Position numbers and translations under genes: made by a program. The notes under the pieces were generated by a model. That model worked only from the letters and a program-made list of their open reading frames with translations, was not told where the DNA came from and did not search any database. Positions 20,801 to 29,030 of a stretch of 29,030 bases of DNA are shown here, in pieces (positions within the stretch are counted from its first letter, which is position 1; each line of letters opens with the position of its first letter). Where the stretch lies: positions 1 through 29,030 of the forward strand of contig NIVC01004134.1 of NCBI GenBank assembly GCA_002269645.1, given 5' to 3'. This stretch comes from Macrostomum lignano (taxonomy: Eukaryota).

Positions 20801-21021
20801 ATCTCCTCTTTGGCGTCTAATTCAAAGCGTAGGCGACGCACCTCCGCCTCGTACAGACGGGACTGCTCGCGCATAGTTGACAGGTCGAGCCGCTTGGCCT
20901 CGGATTCGACGCGCAGCTGGTCGGCTAGCCGGAGCAGCTCATTGTCCCGGTCCCGCAGGGTCAAGCGCAGCTGGCCAACCTCTTCTTCGGCTGCGTCGAG
21001 CTGCGCGAACAAAGACTCCAC
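17869..21021 (-). CDS. GOLGB1: Giantin-like tail-anchored golgin, terminal exon (coiled coil, Pro-rich hinges, C-terminal transmembrane helix)
   Basis: The acceptor TTCCAG precedes 21021 and the exon is open for 1050 codons of heptad-rich sequence. It ends RRLRRCLQPWRSLRLRPSARNAVIAYLFGLHCLLLYWLLL*: a basic juxtamembrane stretch and a terminal TM helix with the Y-x4-H signature shared by giantin, golgin-84 and CASP. The symbol is tentative (family-level call). Confidence 0.7.
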   Translation of the reverse strand: MESLFAQLDAAEEEVGQLRLTLRDRDNELLRLADQLRVESEAKRLDLSTMREQSRLYEAEVRRLRFELDAKEEMLTLTREAATPAAAASTSSGCGGEDTAGDGELDNSAAFYKRRTDELTVELNNARNSIQRLTGELKENSIAAEAAVEKLRAELSVTVESKELLNRELIEAKTACDSLTVEIAEAKEDGSIIEKLNSELATASDDKELLNKELFEAKATIDNLTAELAKTKTEIELVGDSNSKLTNAIRDKELLSEELSKAKATIDNLTAELAKTKTELELVGDSNSKLTNAIRDKELLSEELSKAKATIDNLTAELAKTKTKVDGDASEALGNLNSELTVALEEKEKELSETKVLIDNLTAELTKAKEDMVIESTETRSIIEQLAKDKENLNQQLTAANNGIDSLNIEFVRTKEDLNNRLAEAECTIDNLRSELASAATANDNLCNELAEAKILIDELRNEQKEVEKPTLATVSCASQTEAVPEAAGLEQQRLYGAGQDTADGESEASLRSRLAEKERLEQRYAALVKKLRQQRQETLQQHRSQLAEVQSAAAAEVDELRRRLEASEAELDSARMSLALAPPPPPPPPPPPQQQAAESELQSLRAVHSRCQGQLDQVRAERNRIQQEFDRLRRRLEERPLSSTPPPPPSQPIERLQQSSSPTPSPPPLHAPTAEASAVDAAAAAAAEDEVLTLRSENEGLRFKVSVLETKAKKMEFRLRAERDKIDKLQLRLDEKDVELDQLVDKLRASRGQLESERSRHLNEAKRLSAALEAEEARAGKLERRLRDGSSESATAALAEEAAAAREAKRQSEQRLLAEAADLRGQLDELAADNRDLRSRLEAAAPSGSGASAGVSASDCAECRRLREAVRVLELQQASRRSRQPTCETKSVGTEAVSVDEAACQTLEPDEENDAMQRRLNELELAAVECESLRALVKQMEESAAPCAPTPTPQPLRPSPSPPPPDSEDTLSASQSALDESSVLIPMLMDEQQALAGLQSTTTPTMALVRRLRRCLQPWRSLRLRPSARNAVIAYLFGLHCLLLYWLLL
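20054..20375 (-). repeat. Coding tandem repeat, 135 bp (45 aa), about 2.4 near-identical copies
   Basis: GTCTTTGTTTTAGC at 20054, 20189 and 20324; peptide LTAELAKTKTELELVGDSNSKLTNAIRDKELLSEELSKAKATIDN. Confidence 0.92.
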
Positions 21022-21237
21022 CTGGAATTGATTGAAGAGGCCTTTTCAATATGATTTATTGTGTATAATAAGGTTAAGAAAGAGCTAAAGACAGCTGGAT
21101 GGCATTGGGGTGAGATCGCTTCAGAAACTAGAACTTTCAGAATGTAAAAGCACTGCTTAACTTCATTAATTAGAAATTTAACAAACTGGATCTTTCATAT
21201 CGTAAAACAGTAAGCAGTAAGCGGTTCTATCATTTAT

Positions 21238-21610
21238 TAATGATAATGATAATCATGACGATGATGATAATGATAATAATGATGATAATAATAATAATAA
21301 TAATAATAATAACTGATTACACCTACCCCGATTGGGAAGATGTGCAACCGACAGCTCAGCCGCAGCTATTGTGCGGCGCATCTGAAGGCTGCGTACGGCT
21401 GTTCAGCCCAAGGACTGGGGGGGGGGGGGTCGCCACACAGCCTCAATTACCCCAGCTAATGCTAGCACCCATTTTACAGCTGGGTGAACTGAAGCGATGC
21501 AGAGTTAAGCGTCTTGCTCAAGAGCACAAATTGTTCCAGTGAGATTGGGAATCGAACCCCCGACCTTTAAGTCGTGAGTCCGACGCTCTAACCACTAAGC
21601 TAAATCCCCC
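21238..21610 (-). mobile_element. CORE-type tRNA-derived SINE in the last intron of the golgin gene
   Basis: Head 21540-21609 is tRNA-like (GGGGATTTAGCTTAGTGGTTAGAGC...GGTTCGATTCCC; anticodon loop CAC, broken anticodon and T stems). 21467-21528 reads TGTGCTCTTGAGCAAGACGCTTAAC...CAGCTGTAAAATGGG, resembling the MIR/CORE domain. Tail of (TTA/TCA)n at 21238-21312; internal 13-bp C run. Confidence 0.8.
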
Positions 21611-21991
21611 AATTAATAGATTTGTGACGTTTCTACGACGTATCAATTACAAACGTCAATAAACAGATAGTGGATGTCAACTTGAGCACCCGAATGGAGT
21701 CGAAAGTAAAGCTCTGGACCAACAAACCCTGGGAGCACAAAGGAGCGAACCAGATGAGATGCCTTGGCGTTTCTCTACAAGTTGTTAATTGATCCGAAAA
21801 GTTATAAAAAATGTAGTTGGTTGGGTCCAGAGCTTTACTTCGCCGCAAAAGTTGACATCCTCTTTTAAAATGTACAAACGTAGAGAGCTTCGTTGGAATG
21901 CTGCTATAGCAGTTTTTCCAAGCTTTTCGAAATTTTTCTAGTGTTAGGTGAGCACCGTTTTTACAAACCCCTACAAAAGCACTGCACCAAC

Positions 21992-22411
21992 CTCAACCGC
22001 CAGTTGCTCAGCCTCGGCGCTATCAACCAGTCTAGTGCGCAGCATTCGACTCGAAGCCTGGAGTCGAGCTTCCATTCGACGCATGGTTTGCAGATGGGAC
22101 TCCAGCTTCCGGTTGAGTTCGCGACTGTCCCGCTCCATAGCGGCAATTTTGCCGTCGCGTTTAGCCAGCGTCGCCTCCAGCTCATCAATAAGCGGCTGAG
22201 TAAGGTCGCATTCAACTTGACGGCTGGCAACCGAGGTGGCAGGACGGCTGGAAATCCAACTGGCGGAGCCTGTGGTAATCGCTCGCTTGTTGGCTATCTC
22301 AAGGCGCTCCATCATCTCAGTTAGGGACTCCTCTTTCTCGGCGATAGTCTGCTCCAAGCCTTCGCAGCGCTCGCCAGTATTTACCAACTGTTGATGCTGA
22401 CTGGCCACGCA
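21992..22411 (-). CDS. GOLGB1: Giantin-like golgin, internal exon (140 codons, phase 0/0)
   Basis: Acceptor TAATACAG|TGC at 22411 and donor GAG|GTTGGT at 21992; 420 bp; joins in frame to both neighbours; coiled-coil translation. Confidence 0.8.
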
Positions 22412-22499
22412 CTGTATTAGAATAATGACAAAAATGTCATAAAATTGCAGTATAAAGTGAAGAAATTTCAGTACAAAAAATGAACTCATTGAAACTTAC

Positions 22500-23852
22500 G
22501 CTAACAAGGTTAGTAATCCATTCTGAAAGCTCGGACATTGACAACAACGAGGGCGGAGATGGGAGACACACTTCGCGGTATGAAAGTCCAGCAGCTCTAA
22601 TAGCATCGTCAAACGCACGATAGAAAACTTCAATGGTCTGCGACTCAGAAATTGTCGGGTTCTCTTTTTCGAATGAAGCCTCGGGAGGTAAAAGTGCAAC
22701 CGTTTCTGTTGATGCATCGGCAACTGAAACGTCCGGTCTAGCATTTGAAGCGGTGGTTGCGTCAGATAGAGTCGCTGACTCCCTTTCTGGTTCGGTCTGA
22801 CAGCTGCATTCCGCAGTCTCTGCTCGCTGCTGACTCTGCCTGGCTGCCTCTTTCAGAATTCGGCACTGCTTTACAAGCCGGGCACATTTTTCTTTCATGC
22901 GATCTCGCTCGGTGCTGACTTCCTCATGCGTCACTTTTAACTGGGTAGAAGATTCCATTAGAGCAGCGTTCTCAGAGGCTAAAGCGTCCCGCTCTGCGAC
23001 TAAATTTTCCCGATCGGAAAGCATTGACTCTCGCTCTACAATCAAAGTGTCTCGCTCTAAAAGTATATTGTCCCGTTGGGTTAACAACGAATCTCGCTCT
23101 AATACTAAAGTGTCTCGATCTAAAACTGAATCCTCTCGATCTGAGTTTAGAACCTTCACTTTAGCAAGTTCAGAATCTGTCGCTTCTCTGGATGCTTCTG
23201 AAGCTGCGAGTTGTTGTTTTAACTCGAATACTTCTTCAGTCAGTGCCATCTTAGAGAACAATAACTGCTCAACTTCTTGTTCGGACACTCGACTGTGAAC
23301 TTCATTGAATTCCACATCAGTACTAGCATCAACCATCACCCTTACTGGTTCGAATAAAGAGTCGGAAGAGATGACATCTGTTTCAGTTGCAGCATCTGAT
23401 ACTGATGCAGATTCTGTACCAGCTGCAGCCACTGACTCAGTGGTTGCGTCAATCTGACAGCAAATGTCCGCAGTCTCTGCTCGTTGTTGGCTCTGCTTGG
23501 ATGCTTCCTTCAAAATGCGGCACTGTTTCACAAGTCGAGCGCACTTTTCTTTCATGCGATCTCGCTCGGCGCAGACCGCGTCATGCTGCTCCTTCATTTG
23601 AGAGGTAGATTCCATCAGCTGAACTTTTTCTGACGCCAAGGTGTCCCGTTCAGAAGATAATAGGCTGCGATCCATCTTCAGCGAATCACGTTCAGTTGCG
23701 ATGTCTTCAAGTTGCGACGCCATTGCTTGTAGTTCTGATGCCAAGGCGTCGCGCTCGCCGGTTAATGAGTCCCGGATATTTTCCAAGCCTTTTAACGTTG
23801 ATTGCAGCTGTTCTATTTCTGACTGTTGAAGACTCCTAGCGGAATGAGTGTT
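22500..23852 (-). CDS. GOLGB1: Giantin-like golgin, internal exon (451 codons, repeat modules 4-5)
   Basis: Acceptor TTTTTAG|AAC at 23852 and donor AGC|GTAAGT at 22500; 1353 bp; the downstream intron is 88 bp. Confidence 0.88.
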
Positions 23853-23938
23853 CTAAAAATTGAGAAGAAAACAATAAAATAAAAACCGAAATATCGCTAA
23901 AAATAGATACGAGTACAAAACTTGGAAGAAGTACTTAC

Positions 23939-26157
23939 AAGTAGGGCGACACGAACTGAGCTGACCACAGTCTCCAACTCCGGAAACTCTTCAATCTGTG
24001 TCTCTCCACTTGACACATGCTGCGCTAGATTCTCAACTATTTGTAGTTTTTGCAATGATTTCTCCAGCTGAGACTCTGCAAGCTTTCTAGCAGCCTCGGA
24101 TTCGGTGAGTTGATTCTTCAATTCAGATACCTCCTCTCCTAGGGAAATCTTTGATGCTAACAAGCTCTCTGACTCGCGCTTTGAACTTTTAGTAAGAGCA
24201 CCAGTCCATTCGTCATCAGTGGCAACATCTACCAACGGTCTTTCTGGCTGCAACAGTAGATCGGTTTCTGTAGATACATTTATTTGAGTCACTGAAGGCA
24301 TTGGTCCACCATCAGATATCAGTACAGCGCCCGCGGCAGCCAAAGACACGGTGTCCGGTTCAGTCTGAGAGCTGAATTCTGCGGTCTCTGCTCGATGCTG
24401 ACTCTGCTTTGAAGCCTCCTTCAGATTGCGACACTGTTTAACGAGTCGAGCGCACTTTTCTTTCATCCGATCTCGCTCTGTGCACACTGAGTCATGCTTT
24501 TCCCTTAACTGGGCGGCGGATTCCATTATTTGGGCGTTTTCTGAGGCTAGTGTTTCGCGCTCTGTTGTTACAGAGTCAAGTTCTGTCACCAGGGAAGCAC
24601 GTTCTGATACTAGAGTATCGCGTTCTGTTACCAGAGAGTCACGCTCTGATAGCAGAGCATCGCGAGAGGATACTAGGCTTTCTAGATCAGCGATCAGGCG
24701 TTCACGTTCGGAAATTAGTGCGTCGCGCTCCAATATTACAGAATCGCACTGTGATGCTAAACTATCCCGCTCGGACATTAGACTTATTGCTCTTTCAAGC
24801 TCTGAATCCGCAGTTTGCTTTGATGTCTCCAAAGCTGCAAGCTGCTGCTTTAAATCGAAGACTTCCTCAGTTAGAGACATCTTGGACAATAATAAATGCT
24901 CAACCTCTTGCTCTGACACTCGACTTTCAAGTTCACATGGCTCTGCATCAGTACAAGCATCTACCATCATCCTTTCTGGTTCAAATGACGACTCTGAAGA
25001 GATTATCATAACTGTTTCAGTTGCGGCGTCTGATACTGATGCAGATGATGTACCAGCTGCAGCCACTGACTCGGTGGCGGCTTCAGTCTGGCAGCACATG
25101 TCCGCAGTTTCTGTTTGCTGGTGACTCTGCTTGGATGCTTCCTTCAAAATGCGGCACTGTTTCACGAGTCGAGCGCACTTTTCTTTCATGCGATCTCGCT
25201 CGGTGCACACAGAGTCATGCTTCTCCTTCAATTGAGTGGCGGATTCCATCAGCTGGGCGTTCTCTGAGGCTAATGCTTCGCGCTCTGTAGCCATGGAGTC
25301 ACGTTCTGACGCAAAATCGTTGCGTTCTGACATCAAAGTTTCCCGTTCTTTCATCAAGGCGTCCCGCTCTGATGATAAACTTCCATAATCAGAGAGCATG
25401 GCTTCGCGCTCAGTGACCAATGCATCACGTTCCGACACCAACGAATCACGCTGCGATATTAACACTTCGTGTTCTGAAACGAGCTTATCGTGAGCTGACA
25501 TGACAGTCATTGCTTTGTCGAGCTCTGAATCCACAGCTTGCTTCGATGACTCCAAAGCTGCCAGTTGCTGCTTCAACTCGAATACTTCCTCAGTCAGTGA
25601 CATCTTCGATGATAATAACTGTTCGACCTCTTGCTCTGACACTCGACTTTCAATTCCACTTGGCTCTGCATCAGTACAAGCGTCTACCATCAACCTTCCT
25701 GGTTCAAATGAAGACTCAGAAGAGATGACTACATCTGTTTCAGTTGCAGCATCTGATACTGATGCAGATGCTGTACCAGCTGCAGCCTCTGACTCAGTGG
25801 TTTCGTCAGTCTGACAGCACATGTCCGCAGACTCTGCTCGCTGCTGACTCTGCTTGGACGCTTCCTTCAAAATGCGGCACTGTTTCACAAGTCGAGCGCA
25901 CTTTTCTTTCATCCGATCTCGCTCGGCGCAGACCTCCTCAAGCCTGTTATTTAAGTCTGAGTTGGCTTCTTTTAACTGGGCAGCTTCTGAGGCTACGAGA
26001 TTGCACTCAGTGGCTGTGTCGTCACGCTCTTTAGTTAGAGTGCTGACACTATCAAGTAAAGCACTTTCTCGGGCTTGAAGGTCCAAATTTTCGTTTTGCG
26101 TTTGCTGTAATTCCTCTTGTGCTCTTTGAAGCTGTGCACATAGGTCACTTTCGCATC
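23939..26157 (-). CDS. GOLGB1: Giantin-like golgin, internal exon (about 740 codons, repeat modules 1-3)
   Basis: Acceptor TTCTTTTTAG|GAT at 26157 and donor CTT|GTAAGT at 23939. The length of 2219 bp is one base short of a multiple of 3, fixed by adding one base to the TTT run at 26149-26151 (gives YQ|DAKSDLCAQLQ). The downstream intron is 86 bp. Confidence 0.85.
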
Positions 26158-26367
26158 CTAAAAAGAAGAAAAAAATTCTTATGTTACGACAAGTTACAGT
26201 GATTTACAGTAATTTAACTTAATGAAAAATGATGAATACGAGCGTAAGAGTGAGTACTGTACGTAGTATAAATTTTTCTGTTGTTTTTAATTTGTTATAC
26301 GGTAGGCGACTGATAATTTAAGCTTTTATTAACTGTATGAAAAAAGACACAAATATAATTCTTGTAC

Positions 26368-29030
26368 CTGATAGGTTTTGTCTAACAATAGCAGTTCGGA
26401 TTCCAAATTTGATGCCTTCTCAGAGGACTGCCGGAGCTGGCCATCCAGATAACTGTTTGATTTCTCCAGAGTTTCTAATTCGTACTTTAATGCATTTACT
26501 GACCGCTCAAACTCCTGCTTTGCAGAACGGAAGTCTTCTGCTGACTGCTCCATTTCCATGATAAGCTTTTTATTCTTCTCATCTAAATTTGAGTTTTCCT
26601 GTGTCAGCTTAGAGATCTGAGTTTCAAAATCTTGCTTAGCGAGTACGATTGTACTGATTTCCTTTACGAGTTCCTCTTTTGACGCCATCGCTTCGACCAA
26701 TTCGTCCGATACTTTTGTGAGGTCATCCTTATAATGCGCAGCATTACCTTCGAGTTGAATTAGTTGCGCATTTCGCACTCCTAGTTCCTGCTGTTGTTTA
26801 AGCTTTTCCGATTCCAGATCAGCAACAGTTTGGTTCAGATGCATCCTTTCTTCCATTAGCTTGCTTAGCTCGTCTGTGAGTTGTGTATTAGCAGTTTGCA
26901 ATTGATTCACTCTGCTAATTTGTTCTTCACTGACCTGCGATTCTAGCTCAGATATTCTTTCCAGATATGATCCGATTTCCGAATGCATCCTCTGCTCTGC
27001 CTCTTCTAACTCAATTATCCGCTTTTCCATATTTGAGTTAGCATCCTGTAGTTCCACAATAGACTTGCGCAGTGCGGAATTTAACTCTTTGAGCTTGGCG
27101 ATCGAGTCTTCCTGCAAAAAGCTGGTCTTCTGAAGCAACAAAATGTTAGTCTCATGCGAATACAAAATGTCTTCGTAGTCAGAAACAGACTTTTCTAGCT
27201 TGAAATTAGTGTCTTGCAGTTCAGACGCAGCTTTTCTTTGAGCTACAACGATGCTTTGTAACTCTTCAAAATTTTTATCAGCCTCAGCTTTTGAATTGCG
27301 AAGTTCAATTATATCACGGTTATACTCCTCGCTCAGCTTCTTCAGTTCAAAAATTTCATGGTAACGTTGTTCTCTTTCTTCCAGTGCTTTATTTAATTGA
27401 TGTGAAAGATCCTCATTCGTCTTTGAGGCAAAATTTAGTTTTTCTTCACTCAATACTTGAGAGTTCTTAACAGCTAGTAGCTCTCCCTCAAGAAAGCGTT
27501 TGGTGTCTACCAACTCTTCACATTTTCGAGTGGCAATACTGCATTCATCCTGAAGCTTACTTACCTTGCGTTCTAACTGATCTTTAATTTCTATCGCATT
27601 TTGCAATGACTGACGGCATTCGCCAATATCAGTTGACAGGGAAGAATTTACATCCTGAAGCTGAGAAATTACTTTTTCGTTAATACTTCGTATAGACCGA
27701 AACTCTGAAATCTGTCCTTGTTGCAAAGATGTCAATTCTTCCAACTCAGAGATCTTTTGCTCATGACTTGTTACAGTCCGTTGAAACACAGTCACACTTT
27801 CTCAAGCGATTGCATCACACAGTTTAGTTCGGAAGAGGCCTCGTGGGACTTTACTAAAAGAGACTTCGTTTCTAAAATTTCGGCACTGCGTTCCTGATAA
27901 AGCTCGGAAATTATTTTAAGCATAAGTTTTAGATTCTCATGATTTATCCAGAATGGTTCGGATGGGCGGCGTCAGCGAACTCAAAACCGTGTAGGTCACT
28001 GAACTCTTTTGAAGTAATGAAAACAGTTCGCCAGACTGAGCCAAATGAAGTCTAACTTGGCCCTCTAGTTCCGATTGTTTGAACGTTCGCTATTAAGCAA
28101 GCATTCGAGCTCCGAAATAAGATTACTCTTTGCCTGCTTCTCGCTTTCACAGACTTGAAGATTTGAGAGACAATCAGCAACCCGATCATCTTTTAAACGA
28201 TTCTCATCTGAAAGCTCGCTAATCCTGTTTTCTAAAGTAGATACCAAGAATTGAAAGTCGGAGAGAGCTTGCTCCTGGGAACTTTTGATTTTATTTAGTT
28301 CAGTAATCTTTTCGCTTTGGGACAACTTTATTGCTTCGAATTTCTGAGAAAGAGCCTCCTGTCGTGAAAATTCCTCTTGCAATTCAGAGAAGCTCCTTTC
28401 CTGACTAGCCTTAAGCTTCTTCAGCTCAGAAAAACTTTCAACTTGTAAAGCAAGTTTCTTGTTTGATTCTTCGATTTCATTTTCAAGAACGGTGATCTTT
28501 TCTTCCAGCTCTTTTATCTTCTTCTCAGTCTGCTCATTGACTGAGGCTTCCAGCTCTGTGACTTGCTTGGATTTCGATTCGAGCTCTTCTACTAGAGCAC
28601 TGTTCTTCTCAGCTTGCTCAGTGACTGAGGCTTCCAGCTCTGTGACTGTGCTTGGATTTCGATTCGAGCTCTTCTACCAGAGCACGGTTCTTCTTGCTTG
28701 CTCAGTGACTGAGGCTTCCAGCTCTGTGACTTGCTTGGATTTCGATTCGAGCTCTTCTACCAGAGCACGGTTCTCGTCAGTCTGCTCATTGACTGAGGCT
28801 TCCAGCTCTGTGACTCGCTTCGATTTCGATTCGAGCTCTTCTACCAGAGCACGGTTCTCGTCAGTCTGCTCATTGACTGAAGCTTCCGCTCTGTGACTCG
28901 CTTGATTTCGATTCGAGCTCTTCTTCTAGACCGCGCGTTTCTCTCTGTCAGTGTTTCGATTCTCCGCGCTTTGAGTTGAGATTTTCTCTTTTGATTCACT
29001 GATCTCACTTTGAAGAGCGCCGGCCGTTTC
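26368..29030 (-). CDS. GOLGB1: Giantin-like golgin, large upstream exon (partial, runs off the right edge), broken by several single-base indels
   Basis: Donor CAG|GTACAA at 26368. ORF fragments 26329..27795 and 28065..28382 and the unannotated pieces between them (SELEGQVRLHLAQ..., NHENLKLMLKIISELYQE...) join into continuous coiled coil after 1-bp corrections at about 27799, 27945, 27965, 28075, 28648, 28695, 28887, 28903 and beyond. Confidence 0.78.
28527..28945 (-). repeat. Coding tandem repeat, 84 bp (28 aa = 4 heptads), about 5 copies
   Basis: GACTGA(G/A)GCTTCC at 28539, 28623, 28707, 28791 and 28875; unit VNEQTDENRALVEELESKSKRVTELEAS. Confidence 0.92.

Noticed and set aside
21240-21542. 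100-aa ORF beginning MIMIIMTMM
   Set aside because: It is the antisense translation of the SINE tail and body.
21540-21609. Functional tRNA-Val(CAC) gene
   Set aside because: The anticodon stem (TCGGA/CTTAA) and T-stem do not pair, and it runs directly into a CORE domain and simple-repeat tail, so it is a SINE head.
22510-22525. 16-nt exact match (CAGAATGGATTACTAA) between the golgin exon (minus strand) and the first minisatellite unit (448-463)
   Set aside because: About one such match is plausible by chance in a 29-kb AT-rich self-comparison, and similarity does not extend beyond it.
12991-26078. Numerous plus-strand and alternate-frame ORFs overlapping the two large genes (e.g. 18518..19144, 19853..20632, 24426..25124)
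   Set aside because: These are Ser/Leu/Arg-rich shadows of coiled-coil or GC-rich codons on the opposite strand, with no independent domain or splice support.
27795-28080. Programmed ribosomal frameshifting joining the golgin ORF pieces
   Set aside because: Shifts go in both directions, lack X XXY YYZ slippery sites with downstream structures, and are too many; indel error explains them more simply.
1-29030. Functional clustering of membrane-traffic genes (cytohesin + golgin)
   Set aside because: They are 17 kb apart with unrelated genes and transposons between them, and two genes are not evidence of selection for linkage.

Overview
Eukaryotic (metazoan, probably invertebrate) genomic DNA. 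The style of GC-rich, poly-Ala/Pro exons, short GT-AG introns and AT-rich CpG-depleted intergenic DNA resembles a Macrostomum-type flatworm, but the taxon cannot be proven from the sequence. Four genes are visible, all on the minus strand. (1) The 5' part of a cytohesin-family Arf-GEF (coiled coil + start of Sec7; 1-310, runs off the left edge). (2) A short ENKD1-like enkurin-domain gene (1338-1985). (3) An intronless-looking 1283-aa mostly disordered protein with SH3-ligand proline motifs and a Cx2Cx19Cx3C motif (12462-16313). (4) A very large (>3,200 aa, 5' end outside the window) five-exon coiled-coil protein ending in a Y-x4-H tail-anchor helix, i.e. a giantin-like golgin (17869-29030), built from tandemly duplicated modules whose linkers carry repeated dynein-light-chain (LC8)-like xQT motifs. 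The 2-12 kb interval is a transposon graveyard with two copies of an hAT-type MITE (8-bp TSDs) and a three-level nested stack of TIR elements (9053-10163). Four tRNA-derived SINE-like elements are present, one with a CORE domain and one carrying a CTCF-like motif. At least 12 single-base indels break the coding sequence, but only near the two ends of the window and mostly in homopolymer runs, which points to consensus errors rather than biology. No prokaryotic-type system (CRISPR etc.) is present.
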